From Alicycliphilus soli (GTDB taxonomy: Bacteria; Pseudomonadota; Gammaproteobacteria; Burkholderiales; Burkholderiaceae_C): a stretch of 32,000 bases of DNA. The notes beneath the pieces are model-generated. The model was not told the DNA's origin, made no database searches, and worked only from the letters and a program-made list of their open reading frames with translations. The DNA lies in NCBI RefSeq assembly GCF_040732315.1, contig NZ_CP160388.1, positions 1,794,494 through 1,826,493 on the forward strand, written 5' to 3'. Positions 18,911 to 28,903 of the stretch are shown piece after piece; position 1 is the first letter of the stretch, and each line of letters starts with the position of its first letter. The position numbers and the translations under genes are program-made.

Positions 18911-18996
18911 ACTTCGGAGGCTATGTTTGACCTGCCAAGACCCAGTAACCTGGGTCCTGACCCTTCCCCTGATTCGTGGATTGCTTGAACTACGGC

Positions 18997-19587
18997 TTAC
19001 GCCGCCGGTGGTACGTGCACCGGTTGCTGTTGCCGGCGTCGAATCGAGCGATGCCCACCAAGTAGTGCCAAGGCACCGACCACCATCAGCCAAGACGGCG
19101 GTTCGGGCACGGCATTGGTGAAGTTTACGATCACCTTGGTGCCGTCGACGTAAGAGAGACCGCTCCAATTGATGGCGATACGCCCGCTGTCGAAGCTGAC
19201 GCGGCTGGCGTCAAAACCGGTCATGGTCGTCGTTGGGTCGACCGCCGCAGCGACAATATCCAGTGGACCGCCTGATATGAGATCAAACACCAACCCGTTG
19301 AAGGACGTACTGTTCCACGTCGGGGCTAGAAGCGACGTAGTTAGCAACAGGGCCAGCGAATTGTCGGAAAAGTCGACACTGATCTGCGTGACGCCTTCTA
19401 CATCGAACAATGTTTCATTACCCGCTCCGACGGTGAAAGTTGACGGCGATACCGATGCGCCGCTATAGGCTGTGGTGATGTCGGGATGGGCGTAGAACGT
19501 CGAAAAGCCTTTGCCGACCAAGCCCGCATGGGCCGCTGATGCCATCACTAGTGCAGCGGCCGAAACGATCAGTTTGACAGCAGACAT
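18997..19587 (-). CDS. PEP-CTERM sorting-domain protein
   Basis: Trimmed to ATG 19587 (GGAG RBS). Signal peptide MSAVKLIVSAAALVMASAAHA. C-terminal VPEPPSWLMVVGALALLGGHRSIRRRQ combines the PEP motif, a TM segment and a basic cluster. Confidence 0.75.
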   Translation of the reverse strand: MSAVKLIVSAAALVMASAAHAGLVGKGFSTFYAHPDITTAYSGASVSPSTFTVGAGNETLFDVEGVTQISVDFSDNSLALLLTTSLLAPTWNSTSFNGLVFDLISGGPLDIVAAAVDPTTTMTGFDASRVSFDSGRIAINWSGLSYVDGTKVIVNFTNAVPEPPSWLMVVGALALLGGHRSIRRRQQQPVHVPPAA

Positions 19588-19762
19588 GATCGACTCCACA
19601 AAGTGCGTGATGCGAGAGGATTGTCCATGTCGCGGATGGTTGTCAATCCACACCAACCGGGATGGCGGCCAAGGTCCTGGCGCGCTAGCTAGATGAGCTT
19701 TGAGGTACAGCATGGACCATGCTGCATTACCCCGCCCAACAGGGCATCAGCCTGTCACCAAC

Positions 19763-19796
19763 AAAAAAGCGCACTATCGAAATGATAGTGCGCTTT
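19763..19796 (-). terminator. rho-independent terminator downstream of tRNA-Lys
   Basis: Perfect 10-bp stem GCGCACTATC/GATAGTGCGC with a 5-nt loop, followed on the minus strand by TTTTTT. Confidence 0.8.
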
Positions 19797-19808
19797 CCTT
19801 GTGTGGTT

Positions 19809-19884
19809 TGGTAGGACGTACAAGATTCGAACTTGTGACCAACGGATTAAAAGTCCGCTGCTCTACCAACTGAGCTAACGTCCC
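19809..19884 (-). tRNA. tRNA-Lys (anticodon UUU)
   Basis: Reverse complement GGGACGTTAGCTCAGTTGGTAGAGCAGCGGACTTTTAATCCGTTGGTCACAAGTTCGAATCTTGTACGTCCTACCA folds as a 76-nt cloverleaf. Anticodon loop CTTTTAA, encoded CCA. Closely similar to E. coli tRNA-Lys. Confidence 0.9.
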
Positions 19885-19916
19885 ACGGTTTTGCTCGATT
19901 GCAGTAAAGACGTAAA

Positions 19917-20699
19917 TTATAGCGTGGTTTTGTAGGTGCGCTGGGCCAGTCGATCCAGTACCCAACCTGCGGCACATTGCCCGAAGGTCGCGGTCACGGC
20001 CACGGATGATCCATAGCCATGGCAGTTGAGTGTTCCGTCGCCGTTCTGCAGCGCACAGGATCCATGCGGTGGCGCTACGGCCTCCCTGCTGAAGACACAG
20101 GTTACGCCCATGCGCTTGCCATCCCGCGCGGCTCCATGCTCCCTGCGCAGGCGATAGCGCAGTTGTGCGAGCAGCGGATCATGCGTCACCTGGGCCAGAT
20201 CGTCCACATCCACCTTGTAGGCGAGCCGCTTTCCTCCAGCAGCACCCACGGCAATGAATGGCACGTGGTGCCTTTGCGCCCATGCCACCATCGCCGTCTT
20301 GGCGCGCACCTGGTCGCAGGCATCGATCACGGCATCGACGCGGGCTGGCAGGATGTCGGGCCAGTTCGCTGGTTCGACGAAATCCTCGACGCATTCGACC
20401 TGGCATTCGGGATTGATGAGCGCGATGCGCTCGGCCATGGCATGCACCTTGGCCTGGCCCAGGGTCGTGGTCAGCGCATGGACCTGACGATTGATGTTGG
20501 ACTCGGCCACATGATCGAGGTCGATCAGCGTCAGGCACCCTACCGCGCTGCGTGCCAGCGCCTCTGCCGCCCAGGAGCCAACACCACCGATGCCGACGAC
20601 GACCACGTGGGCGGCACGGATGCGCGCCGCCCCTTCCACGCCATAGAGCCTGTCCAGGCCCCCGAAGCGCCGCGTCAGATCCGTCTGCGAGTCCTGCAT
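19917..20699 (-). CDS. tcdA: tRNA threonylcarbamoyladenosine dehydratase (ThiF/MoeB-family, TcdA/CsdL-like)
   Basis: Trimmed to ATG 20699. FGGLDRLYG...VVVVGIGGVGSWAAEALARSGV-type Rossmann motif and LIDLDHVAESNINRQ. Confidence 0.8.
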   Translation of the reverse strand: MQDSQTDLTRRFGGLDRLYGVEGAARIRAAHVVVVGIGGVGSWAAEALARSAVGCLTLIDLDHVAESNINRQVHALTTTLGQAKVHAMAERIALINPECQVECVEDFVEPANWPDILPARVDAVIDACDQVRAKTAMVAWAQRHHVPFIAVGAAGGKRLAYKVDVDDLAQVTHDPLLAQLRYRLRREHGAARDGKRMGVTCVFSREAVAPPHGSCALQNGDGTLNCHGYGSSVAVTATFGQCAAGWVLDRLAQRTYKTTL

Positions 20700-20704
20700 G
20701 GGAC

Positions 20705-21493
20705 TCACTTCAGGCGCGCCAGGCGTTCCTTGGCAGCGGCCGCGGCCTCGGATTGAGGATAGGCGCGCAGCAGATCTTCCAGCGTCTTGCGCGCGGCGCG
20801 GGTGTCCTTGAGCTCGATCTGGCAATTGGCGATCGACAGGGCTGCCTCGGGTGCGCGCGCATGGTCGGGGGCGCTCGCCAGCAGGCTCTTGAAGTTGCCT
20901 ATGGCCTGCTTGTACTCACGCGTCGCGTACTGCGCATTGCCAAGCCAGAAGCGCACCGACGGCAAGTAGCCCGACTGGGGATACGCGCCGACAAATTTGC
21001 CGAACGCCGCCGCCGATTCAGGAAATTTGCCTGATCGGAACAGCGCGAGCGCGGCCTCGAAGTCGCGCTTCTCCGCAGGGTCGGCACGAAACTCGCGGCC
21101 ATCCAGCGTGATGGATTCAGGCTCGAATTTGCGCAGGCGTTCATCGACGCCCTGTGCCATGTCTTTCTGACGGCGCTGCAGCTCGGCCACATCGCGCTGA
21201 AGCTGTTCGTTCTGCCCACGCAGCGTGGCCTGCTCCGTGCGCAGCGCCTCGATCTGCGTCTGCAGATCCAGCAGGCTGCGGCGCAGTTGCGACACCTCGT
21301 CGGTGGAGCGCTCGCCCGCGCGCTGATTGGCCTGCTGCAGGCTGTCAACGCGCTGGCGCAGCTCCAGAATGGCTCGGCGCGCCTCATCGTCCCCAAACAA
21401 CGCGTGGCTGGGCATCGACCAGGTCGCGGCAACGGCAAAGACCGCCGCGCCGAGCGCACGCGAATGTTGAAGCAAAGACATGCGCGCAGCCAT
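20705..21493 (-). CDS. cpoB: Tol-Pal system protein CpoB/YbgF
   Basis: Signal peptide, N-terminal coiled coil (LRQRVDSLQQ...), C-terminal TPR region. Start overlaps the pal stop (TGATG). An alternative start at 21481 is possible. Confidence 0.85.
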   Translation of the reverse strand: MAARMSLLQHSRALGAAVFAVAATWSMPSHALFGDDEARRAILELRQRVDSLQQANQRAGERSTDEVSQLRRSLLDLQTQIEALRTEQATLRGQNEQLQRDVAELQRRQKDMAQGVDERLRKFEPESITLDGREFRADPAEKRDFEAALALFRSGKFPESAAAFGKFVGAYPQSGYLPSVRFWLGNAQYATREYKQAIGNFKSLLASAPDHARAPEAALSIANCQIELKDTRAARKTLEDLLRAYPQSEAAAAAKERLARLK

Positions 21494-22029
21494 CAGCGGT
21501 ACGACAGTTCGACGCGACGGTTCTGCGCGTAGGCGCTTTCGTTGTTGCCCTGCGCCGCCGGTTTTTCCTCACCGAAGCTCACTGCCTCCATCTGTGCATC
21601 GGGCACACCCAGCAGTGCCAGCGAACGACGCACGGCTTCGGCGCGCTTCTGACCCAGAGCCAGGTTGTATTCACGGCCGCCGCGCTCGTCGGTGTGGCCT
21701 TCCAGAGCCACCTTGCGTGCGGGAGAGGCCTTCAGGAAGCGTGCGTGGCCTTCCAGAACAGACTGGTAGTCAGGCTTCACGACGAAGCTGTCGAAGTCGA
21801 AGTAAATGATGCGCGCCACGCCTGCCGGGCCGGCTGCATCACGGCCAGACTGGGTCAGATCGACCGGTGCCACGCCGCTTTGGCTTGCGCCGCCGGAGCT
21901 GCCCGTCGTGGAGGTGGCGCCCTTGTCTTCGACGGGAGCCTCGTCGAGCTTGACGCCCGAGCTGCAGCCAGCCATCAGGGCCGCAATGGTGAGAGCGATG
22001 GAAACGCGTTTGAGTTGGATGTGCTTCAT
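21493..22029 (-). CDS. pal: peptidoglycan-associated lipoprotein Pal
   Basis: Lipobox LMAGC and an OmpA-like C-terminal domain (YFDFDSFVV...GHTDERGGREYNLALGQKRA). Confidence 0.9.
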   Translation of the reverse strand: MKHIQLKRVSIALTIAALMAGCSSGVKLDEAPVEDKGATSTTGSSGGASQSGVAPVDLTQSGRDAAGPAGVARIIYFDFDSFVVKPDYQSVLEGHARFLKASPARKVALEGHTDERGGREYNLALGQKRAEAVRRSLALLGVPDAQMEAVSFGEEKPAAQGNNESAYAQNRRVELSYR

Positions 22030-22070
22030 AAGAAAGTGCCTACATCAGGCGTTGAGAAACCAAGGAATCA

Positions 22071-23390
22071 TTACTTCTGAAAGGGCCCCCAGTCGGGCTC
22101 GCGGATGTCTCCGCCCTGCCCCGCCAGACGCGCCTTGATCTTGCCGTCGAGCGTGGTGGTCATGAGCGCCTCGCGGCCCTGCTGCTGGGTGGCATACAGA
22201 ATCAGGCGGCTGTTGGGCGCAAAGCTGGGGCTTTCATCGGCGCTGGTGTCCGTCACCGCCGTCGTCGTGCCGGACTTCAGGTCCATCACGTGCAGCTTGA
22301 ACGCTCCGCCCACGCGCGAGATATAGGCCAGCCACTGCCCGTCCGGGCTGATGGCGGGCGAGATGTTGTAGTTGCTGCCGAAGGTGATGCGCTCGGCATT
22401 GCCGCCACTGGCGCCCACGCGATAGATCTGCGGCGAGCCGCCGCGGTCGCTCACGAAGTAGATGCTGCGCCCGTCACTGGAAAAAGCCGGCTCGGTGTCG
22501 ATGCCGCTGCTTTGCATCAGGCGGCGCGGTTCACCGCCATTGGCGTCGATGGTGTAGAGCTGCGAACCACCGTCGCGGCTCAGGGTCACGGCCAGCGTGC
22601 GTCCGTCGGGCGACCAGGCCGGTGCGCTGTTGGAGCCACGGAAGTTCGCGATCAGCCGACGCCGGCCCGTCGCCACGTCATGCACGTACACCACCGGCTT
22701 GCGCGACTCGAACGACACATAGGCCAGCTGCGCGCCCGAGGGCGACCAGGCCGGCGAGATGATGGGCTCGGGGCTCGACAGTGCCGACTGCGCGTTCTCG
22801 CCATCGGCATCGGCCACCCAGAGGCTGTAGCGCGCGCCCACCTTGGTCACATAGGCAATGCGCGTGGAGAACACCCCGCGCTCGCCGGTGAGCTTTTCAT
22901 AGATGAAGTCGGCGATGCGGTGTGCCACCAGGCGCAGGTCGGCCTGGGTGACGACGAAGCTCTGCCCGCCCAGATCCTGGCCCTTGACCACGTCCCACAG
23001 CCGAAAGCGCACGTCGAAGCGACCATCGGCCAGGCGCGTGATGCTGCCGGTGCTCAGCGCGTCGGCCTTGCGCTGGCGCCACTGCGACAGGTCGGGGCGC
23101 GAGGTTTCATCGAGCGCCGCGCCCGAGGCATCGACGCCGATGAAGCGGCCGCTGCGCTCGAGGTCGGCCTGCACGATGGCGGAGATCTTCTGCGGCGACT
23201 GCGCCTCGCCGCGCAGGGGGGCAATGGCGATCGGCAGCTGCGTCAGCCCCACGCCCGTGATCTCGACACGAAACTGTGCGAGTGCGGGCAGCGCGGGGCT
23301 GGCGGCGAGAGCGGTGAGGGCATGGCGCCGCGACAGGGGCGGCAGGATGCGGGACAGGGGGGAAAGGGAAGAAGTGCGGTCAATAGTCAT
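22071..23390 (-). CDS. tolB: Tol-Pal system beta-propeller protein TolB
   Basis: Trimmed to ATG 23390. Repeated PAWSPDG / PSFAPNS propeller motifs, upstream of pal. Confidence 0.9.
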   Translation of the reverse strand: MTIDRTSSLSPLSRILPPLSRRHALTALAASPALPALAQFRVEITGVGLTQLPIAIAPLRGEAQSPQKISAIVQADLERSGRFIGVDASGAALDETSRPDLSQWRQRKADALSTGSITRLADGRFDVRFRLWDVVKGQDLGGQSFVVTQADLRLVAHRIADFIYEKLTGERGVFSTRIAYVTKVGARYSLWVADADGENAQSALSSPEPIISPAWSPSGAQLAYVSFESRKPVVYVHDVATGRRRLIANFRGSNSAPAWSPDGRTLAVTLSRDGGSQLYTIDANGGEPRRLMQSSGIDTEPAFSSDGRSIYFVSDRGGSPQIYRVGASGGNAERITFGSNYNISPAISPDGQWLAYISRVGGAFKLHVMDLKSGTTTAVTDTSADESPSFAPNSRLILYATQQQGREALMTTTLDGKIKARLAGQGGDIREPDWGPFQK

Positions 23391-23523
23391 TGGCAACCGT
23401 CGAATAACCGTCAAACAACCGTCTGAAGCCGGTCGACACAAGCGCGCATGTTACACATAGCGTAGCGCGCCATGTGACAGACTGTGCCGATCGGACATGC
23501 TCAAAACGTAGAATCCGCCCCTC

Positions 23524-25296
23524 ATGCAAGACCTCAATCATAGCGCGCGCCAGAGCGCTGCGCCGCAGACGCTCACACTTTTGGCACGCCTCAAGCGCCT
23601 GCACGCCTACTTTGGCCATCAGCGCCTGGCGTGGACCATGGCCCTGCTGGCCACCGTGGTGGCGGCCATTACGGAGCCATTGATTCCCGCGCTGCTCAAA
23701 CCCTTGCTCGATCAGGGCTTCACGGAAGGATCGTTGCAACTGTGGATGGTTCCCGTGGCCATCATCGGTGTGTTTCTGGTGCGCGGACTTTCCCAGTTCA
23801 CGGGGCAGTACGCGCTCAGCCGCATCGCCAACGAGGGCATGCTGCGCCTGCGCACCGCGCTGTTCGAGCGGCTGCTCGCGGCCGACATGGGGCTGTTTCG
23901 CCACCAGTCGGCCAGCGCGCTGTCCAACACCGTGGTGTACGAGGTGCAGAACGGATTCACCTCGCTCGTGCACGCCCTCATAGGCCTGTCGCGCGACGGC
24001 TTCACGCTCGTGGCACTGCTCGGTTACCTGATCTACCTGAACTGGCAGCTCACGCTGATCGTGGCGGTGATGGTGCCGGGCGTGGGCTGGATCATGAAGA
24101 CGCTGTCGCGGCGCCTCTACAAGATCACCAAGAGCAGCCAGCAGGCCACGGACGATCTGGCCTACGTGGTCGAGGAAAACGTGCTCGCCCACCGCATGGT
24201 GCGCCTGCACGGAGCCCAGGTCGAGCAAGGCAAACGCTTCGACAGCCTGAGCCGCCGGCTGCGCCAGCTGGCCATCAAGTCCACCGTGGCCTCGGCGGCG
24301 ATGACGCCCACCACCCAGCTGCTGGCCGCGGGCGCGCTCTCGGCCGTGATCTGCATCGCGCTGTGGCAAAGCCACGGCAATGGCGCCAAGGATGTGACCG
24401 TGGGTGGCTTTGCGGCCTTCATCGCCGCCATGCTGATGCTCATCGCCCCGATCCGCCGCCTGGCCGACGTGGCCAACCCCATCACGCGCGGCGTGGCCGC
24501 GCTCGAGCGCGGTCTGCTGCTGCTCAGCGAGGCGCCGGCCGAATCGGGCGGCAGCCATGTTGCCGAGCGAGCGCGTGGCGCCATCAGCCTGCGCGATGTG
24601 ACGGTGTCCTTCGACAGCGACCATGCCCCGGCCCTGGCCCATGTGAGCCTGGACATTCGCCCCGGCGAGGTGGTGGCCCTGGTCGGGCCGTCGGGCGCGG
24701 GCAAGACCACGCTGGTCAACCTGCTGCCGCGCTTCGTGGCCGCAAGCAGCGGCCAGGTGCTGCTCGACGACGTACCCGCCGAGGACTGGAACCTGCAGTC
24801 GCTGCGCGCGCAGTTCGCCATGGTGAGCCAGGACGTGGTCATGTTCAACGACAGCATCGCCGCCAACGTGGCGCTGGGCGCGGCCATCGACGAGGCGCGC
24901 GTGCAGCATTGCCTTGCGGCCGCCAACCTGGCCCAGCATGTGGCCGCCCTGCCCCAGGGCATGCACACGCTGGTGGGGCACAACGCCACGCAGCTGTCGG
25001 GCGGGCAGCGCCAGCGGCTGGCGATTGCGCGCGCGCTGTACAAGGACGCGCCGATATTGATCCTGGACGAGGCCACCTCGGCCCTCGATACCGAATCCGA
25101 GCGCCTGGTGCAGGAGGCCCTGCAGCGCCTGATGCACGGGCGCACCACGCTGGTGATCGCACACCGCCTGTCCACCATCGAACATGCCGACCGCGTCGTG
25201 GTGATGGAGCGCGGGCGCATCGCCGAGCAAGGCACGCACGCCGAACTGGTCGCCGCCGGCGGGCTGTTTGCGCGCCTGCAGGCGCATGGGTCGTGA
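23524..25296 (+). CDS. msbA: lipid A export ABC transporter permease/ATPase (MsbA-like)
   Basis: Six-TM domain plus an NBD with Walker A GPSGAGKTT, signature LSGGQRQRLAIARAL, and Walker B ILILDEATS. Confidence 0.8.
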   Translation: MQDLNHSARQSAAPQTLTLLARLKRLHAYFGHQRLAWTMALLATVVAAITEPLIPALLKPLLDQGFTEGSLQLWMVPVAIIGVFLVRGLSQFTGQYALSRIANEGMLRLRTALFERLLAADMGLFRHQSASALSNTVVYEVQNGFTSLVHALIGLSRDGFTLVALLGYLIYLNWQLTLIVAVMVPGVGWIMKTLSRRLYKITKSSQQATDDLAYVVEENVLAHRMVRLHGAQVEQGKRFDSLSRRLRQLAIKSTVASAAMTPTTQLLAAGALSAVICIALWQSHGNGAKDVTVGGFAAFIAAMLMLIAPIRRLADVANPITRGVAALERGLLLLSEAPAESGGSHVAERARGAISLRDVTVSFDSDHAPALAHVSLDIRPGEVVALVGPSGAGKTTLVNLLPRFVAASSGQVLLDDVPAEDWNLQSLRAQFAMVSQDVVMFNDSIAANVALGAAIDEARVQHCLAAANLAQHVAALPQGMHTLVGHNATQLSGGQRQRLAIARALYKDAPILILDEATSALDTESERLVQEALQRLMHGRTTLVIAHRLSTIEHADRVVVMERGRIAEQGTHAELVAAGGLFARLQAHGS

Positions 25297-25306
25297 TACA
25301 AAAAGA

Positions 25307-25348
25307 ATAGCTGCTCGCGCTTGATGGACAAGCGCTAGAGGCCAAAAT
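25307..25348 (+). repeat. REP-type hairpin repeat, family 1, copy B (just after the msbA stop)
   Basis: ATAGCTGCTCGCGCTTG-ATGGA-CAAGCGCTAGAGGCCAAAAT. Perfect 7-bp stem GCGCTTG/CAAGCGC. Confidence 0.7.
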
Positions 25349-25360
25349 CAATCAAACCCT

Positions 25361-25445
25361 GTCATCCCCGCGCAGGCGGGGATCCAGGCACAGCCCAGGT
25401 CGCTGCCTCGTCACAGCCGTGGATCCCCGCCTGCGCGGGGATGAC
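25361..25445. repeat. pair of inverted 25-bp REP units, family 2 (likely bidirectional terminator between convergent genes)
   Basis: GTCATCCCCGCGCAGGCGGGGATCC (25361-25385) and its exact reverse complement (25421-25445). Each unit contains its own CCCCGC/GCGGGG hairpin. Confidence 0.75.
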
Positions 25446-25547
25446 GGTGGGTTGTGCTGGCGTTGACGGCTGGTTGTGCGGGATGACCGCAGGTTAAGCG
25501 GGCGTTGCGAGAAGTCGGCAGCCGCGGCTGAAGGGCGCGGCAGTGGA

Positions 25548-27275
25548 CTAAACAATGCGCGCGATGCAGGCACCTGCCGCCTGGTAGCTGCCGGCCGCGG
25601 CCTGCAGCCGGATGCTGCCCGCGCGGTGCGCCAGCACCTGCATCTCCATCTTCATCGCCTCCATCACGGCGATCACCTCGCCGGCCTGCACGACGGCGCC
25701 CTCTTCCACCTTCCAGGCGTGCAGATTGCCCGCGATCGGTGCGGCGACGGCCGCCTCATCGGCCGGCGCCTGGGCCACGGGCGCGGTCGCCACGCCGCCA
25801 CCGGCCGCGGCCAGCCCTTGCAGCAATGCGGCCGGCAGGCCCAGCCGCATGCGCCGGCCATCGAGCTCGATGGCGCAGCGCACCAGCGTGCCGTCCACCT
25901 CGGGCGCGGCGCGCGTGGCGGCCGCGAGGTCGTGGGCGAAGTCCGTCTCTATCCAGCGCGTGTGCACCTTGAAGCCATCGGCGCCTATGAAGTCCGGCTG
26001 CTCCAGCACCGCGCGGTGAAACGGCAGCACGCTGGCCACGCCCTCGATCTCAAACTCGACCAGCGCGCGGCGCGCGCGCGCCAGCGCCTGTTCGCGCGTG
26101 GCGCCCGTGACGATGAGCTTGGCCATGAGCGAGTCAAAAGTGCCCGGCACGCTGGATCCCGCCTGCACGCCGCTGTCCACGCGCACCCCGGGGCCTCCCG
26201 GCGCATCAAAGCGTGCCACCGGCCCGGGCGTGGGCAGAAAGCCCCGGCCCACGTCCTCGGCGTTGATGCGGAACTCGATGGCGTGGCCCAGCGGCGCGGG
26301 CGTGTCGGTGATCGACAGCGGCAGGCCGTCGGCCACGCGCAGCTGCTCCACGACCAGGTCCAGGCCCGTGGTCTGCTCGGTCACCGGGTGTTCGACCTGC
26401 AGGCGCGTGTTGACCTCGAGGAACGAGATGGCGCCGCTGCCCGACAGCAAGAACTCCACCGTGCCCGCGCCCTCGTAGCCTACCTCGGCGCAGATGTCGT
26501 GCGCGGCCTGGTGGATGCGCTCGCGCTGCGCGTCGGTGAGGAATGGCGCCGGCGCCTCCTCGACGAGCTTCTGGTTGCGCCGCTGCAGTGAGCAGTCGCG
26601 CGTGCCCAGCACCACCACGCGGCCATGTTTGTCGCCGATGACCTGGGCCTCGATGTGGCGCGGCCTGTCGAGGAACTGCTCGACGAAGCACTCGCCGCGC
26701 CCGAACGCGGCCGTGGCCTCGCGCACGGCGGACTCGTAGAGCTCGGCCACCTCGTCCATGCGCCACGCGATCTTCATGCCGCGCCCGCCGCCGCCGAACG
26801 CGGCCTTGATGATGATGGGCAGGCCATGCTGCTCGGCAAACGCCAGCACCTCGGCGGCATCCTTGACGGGCTCGGGCGTGCCCGCGACCAGCGGCGCACC
26901 GACCTTGAGCGCGATCTTGCGCGCCTCGACCTTGTCGCCCAGGCGCGCGATGGCTGCGGGCGACGGGCCTATCCAGGCCAGGCCCGCGTCGAGCACGGCC
27001 TGGGCGAAGGCCGCGCTCTCGGACAGAAAGCCATAGCCCGGGTGCACGGCGTCGGCGCCGCTCTTCTTCGCAATGTCGAGCAGCTTGGCGATGTGCAGAT
27101 AGGTGTCGGCCGGACGCTCGCCGTCCAGGCCATAGGCCTCGTCGGCCATGCGCGCGTGCAGGGCGTCGATGTCGGCATCGGCGTACACGGCCACGGATTG
27201 CACGCCGTAGTCGCGGCAGGCGCGCACCACCCGCACCGCTATTTCACCTCTGTTGGCAATCAAAACTTTTTTCAT
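25548..27275 (-). CDS. biotin carboxylase fused to a C-terminal biotinyl (BCCP) domain
   Basis: [20 protein letters not shown]... is the AccC-type N-terminus, with an ATP-grasp core. The C-terminus carries the biotinylation motif [11 protein letters not shown]. Confidence 0.85.
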   Translation of the reverse strand: MKKVLIANRGEIAVRVVRACRDYGVQSVAVYADADIDALHARMADEAYGLDGERPADTYLHIAKLLDIAKKSGADAVHPGYGFLSESAAFAQAVLDAGLAWIGPSPAAIARLGDKVEARKIALKVGAPLVAGTPEPVKDAAEVLAFAEQHGLPIIIKAAFGGGGRGMKIAWRMDEVAELYESAVREATAAFGRGECFVEQFLDRPRHIEAQVIGDKHGRVVVLGTRDCSLQRRNQKLVEEAPAPFLTDAQRERIHQAAHDICAEVGYEGAGTVEFLLSGSGAISFLEVNTRLQVEHPVTEQTTGLDLVVEQLRVADGLPLSITDTPAPLGHAIEFRINAEDVGRGFLPTPGPVARFDAPGGPGVRVDSGVQAGSSVPGTFDSLMAKLIVTGATREQALARARRALVEFEIEGVASVLPFHRAVLEQPDFIGADGFKVHTRWIETDFAHDLAAATRAAPEVDGTLVRCAIELDGRRMRLGLPAALLQGLAAAGGGVATAPVAQAPADEAAVAAPIAGNLHAWKVEEGAVVQAGEVIAVMEAMKMEMQVLAHRAGSIRLQAAAGSYQAAGACIARIV

Positions 27276-27280
27276 GGCGG

Positions 27281-28903
27281 TCAGGGACAGGTGATGGCCT
27301 CGAAGGGCCGGATGGGGTTGAAGCGCACCCAGGCGTTCACGGGGATCTGCCCCGCGCGGTCCAGGTGATGCGGGGCCACGCAGGCGATCACGGGGTAGCC
27401 GCCGGTGAGCGGGTGGTCGGCCAGGAACAACACGGGCTGGCCGCTGGCGGGCACCTGGATGGCGCCCGTGGGCGTGCCCTCGCTGGGTAGTTCCTGGCTG
27501 ATGGCGCGCTCAAGCGGCCGTTCGCCCGCCAGACGCAGGCCCACGCGGTTGGACTGGGGCGTGACGCGCCAGCGCTGGCGCGCGAGCAAGTCCAGCGCGT
27601 CGGGCGTGAACCAGTCGGTGCGCGGGCCCGGCACCACGTCGAGCACCACGTCCTCGTGCAGGCCGGGCAGGTTCTCTGGTGGCAGCTCGGCCGCGCCCAC
27701 GACGGCGCCGCGCTCGACGGGCCGCAGCGCGAGCACATCACCCGCGGCCAGCGCTGGCGGCCCCACATGGGCCAGGGTATCGGTGCTGCGGCTGCCGAGC
27801 ACGGGCGACACGTCAAAGCCGCCGCGCGCCGCCACATAACAGCGCGTGCCGGCCACGGGCTCGCCAATGTGCAGCATGTCGCCGTCGGCCAGCGCCAGCG
27901 CCTGGTAGCGCGGCACGCTCCAGCTGCTGCCCGCGGCGCTGGTCAGCGTGAGCGGCGCATCGGCCCCCGTGACCGCGACCACGGTGTCGCCGCGGCTCAC
28001 GAGGCGCAGGCCGCCGTTGACGGTCTCCAGGCAGGCGGCGTTCGAGGCATTGCCCACGAGCCGGTTGGCCGTGCGGCAGGCGCCCCGGTCCAGCGCGCCC
28101 GAGGCTGACACGCCCTGCCCCGCTTGGCCGGGCCGGCCCAGGTCCTGCAGCAGCGTCTGCAGGCCGGGGGCGCGCACCTGCAGCGCCGGGCCGCTCTGGT
28201 GCGGCGCCGCCACTTTCAAGGGTATTTTGGCTGCAGCGCCCTCCAGGTGGGCGCGAGCAGCTATTGATAACGTAGCAATATCGACAAAGCGCACCCGAAA
28301 GCCCGGCTGCAGCAGCGCGGGCACGGCGCGCTCGATGTCCCACATGGCCAGCGGCGTGGTGCCTATGATCTGCCAGCCCCCGGGGCTGGCCTGCGGATAG
28401 ACGCCGCTGAAGCGCCCCGCCAGCGCCACGGCCCCCGCGGGGATGCGCGTGCGCGGCGTGGCGCGGCGCGGCACATCCAGGCTCTCATGCCCGCCCGACA
28501 GGTAGGCAAAGCCCGGCGCAAAGCCGACGAAGGCCACGCTGTAGATGCTGCCCGTGTGGCGGCGCACGAGTTCGTCGGGCGTGATGCCCAGCAGCTGTGC
28601 GACCTCCGCCAGGTCCTCGCCGTCGTAGCGCACGGGGATCTCGACCAGGGTGCCGCCACGCTCCACCTTGTGGGACAGGTCGCGCGCGCAGATGGCACGC
28701 ACCAGCTCGGCCACGCCCGTGGCCGCGGGACGAAACTGCACGAGGATGGTGCGCGCGGCCGGCACCAGTTCCTCCACGCCGGGCAACGGCTCGCGCTGCA
28801 GCGAGGCCAGCAGCGCCAGGGTCTGGTCCAGGTCTGCCAGCTCGACGAGCAGCGCGTTCAGGGAGACGGGCAGGAAGCGCATGGCGGGCTCATGCGGGCT
28901 CAT
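27281..28903 (-). CDS. fused 5-oxoprolinase subunits PxpB-PxpC (KipI/KipA, allophanate hydrolase subunit 1/2-like)
   Basis: N-terminal half is KipI-like ([13 protein letters not shown]...). C-terminal half is KipA-like, starting near [19 protein letters not shown]. Start overlaps the upstream stop (ATGA). Confidence 0.85.
   Translation of the reverse strand: MSPHEPAMRFLPVSLNALLVELADLDQTLALLASLQREPLPGVEELVPAARTILVQFRPAATGVAELVRAICARDLSHKVERGGTLVEIPVRYDGEDLAEVAQLLGITPDELVRRHTGSIYSVAFVGFAPGFAYLSGGHESLDVPRRATPRTRIPAGAVALAGRFSGVYPQASPGGWQIIGTTPLAMWDIERAVPALLQPGFRVRFVDIATLSIAARAHLEGAAAKIPLKVAAPHQSGPALQVRAPGLQTLLQDLGRPGQAGQGVSASGALDRGACRTANRLVGNASNAACLETVNGGLRLVSRGDTVVAVTGADAPLTLTSAAGSSWSVPRYQALALADGDMLHIGEPVAGTRCYVAARGGFDVSPVLGSRSTDTLAHVGPPALAAGDVLALRPVERGAVVGAAELPPENLPGLHEDVVLDVVPGPRTDWFTPDALDLLARQRWRVTPQSNRVGLRLAGERPLERAISQELPSEGTPTGAIQVPASGQPVLFLADHPLTGGYPVIACVAPHHLDRAGQIPVNAWVRFNPIRPFEAITCP
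28225..28265 (-). repeat. REP-type hairpin repeat, family 1, copy D (in frame, at the PxpB-PxpC domain junction)
   Basis: TTTTGGC...AGCGC...GCGCGAGCAGCTATT flanks are shared with the reverse complement of copy B. The stem is replaced by a compensatory GCGCCC/GGGCGC. Translated as [19 protein letters not shown]. Confidence 0.5.

Noticed and set aside
19809-19884. tRNA-Lys as the integration target of the island through a tyrosine integrase
   Set aside because: No integrase gene is present anywhere in the island, and no duplicated tRNA 3' segment was found at the far end. The dif-like sites explain the prophage ends better.
19916-19921. TATAAT hexamer (minus strand) 32 nt upstream of tRNA-Lys, overlapping the tcdA stop codon, as the tRNA promoter -10
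   Set aside because: No acceptable -35 lies 16-19 nt upstream. The tRNA may be co-transcribed with tcdA. Left unannotated.
25361-25445. Possible CRISPR-like repeats
   Set aside because: There are only two units, in inverted rather than direct orientation, with no spacer array and no cas genes. No CRISPR array is evident anywhere in the window.
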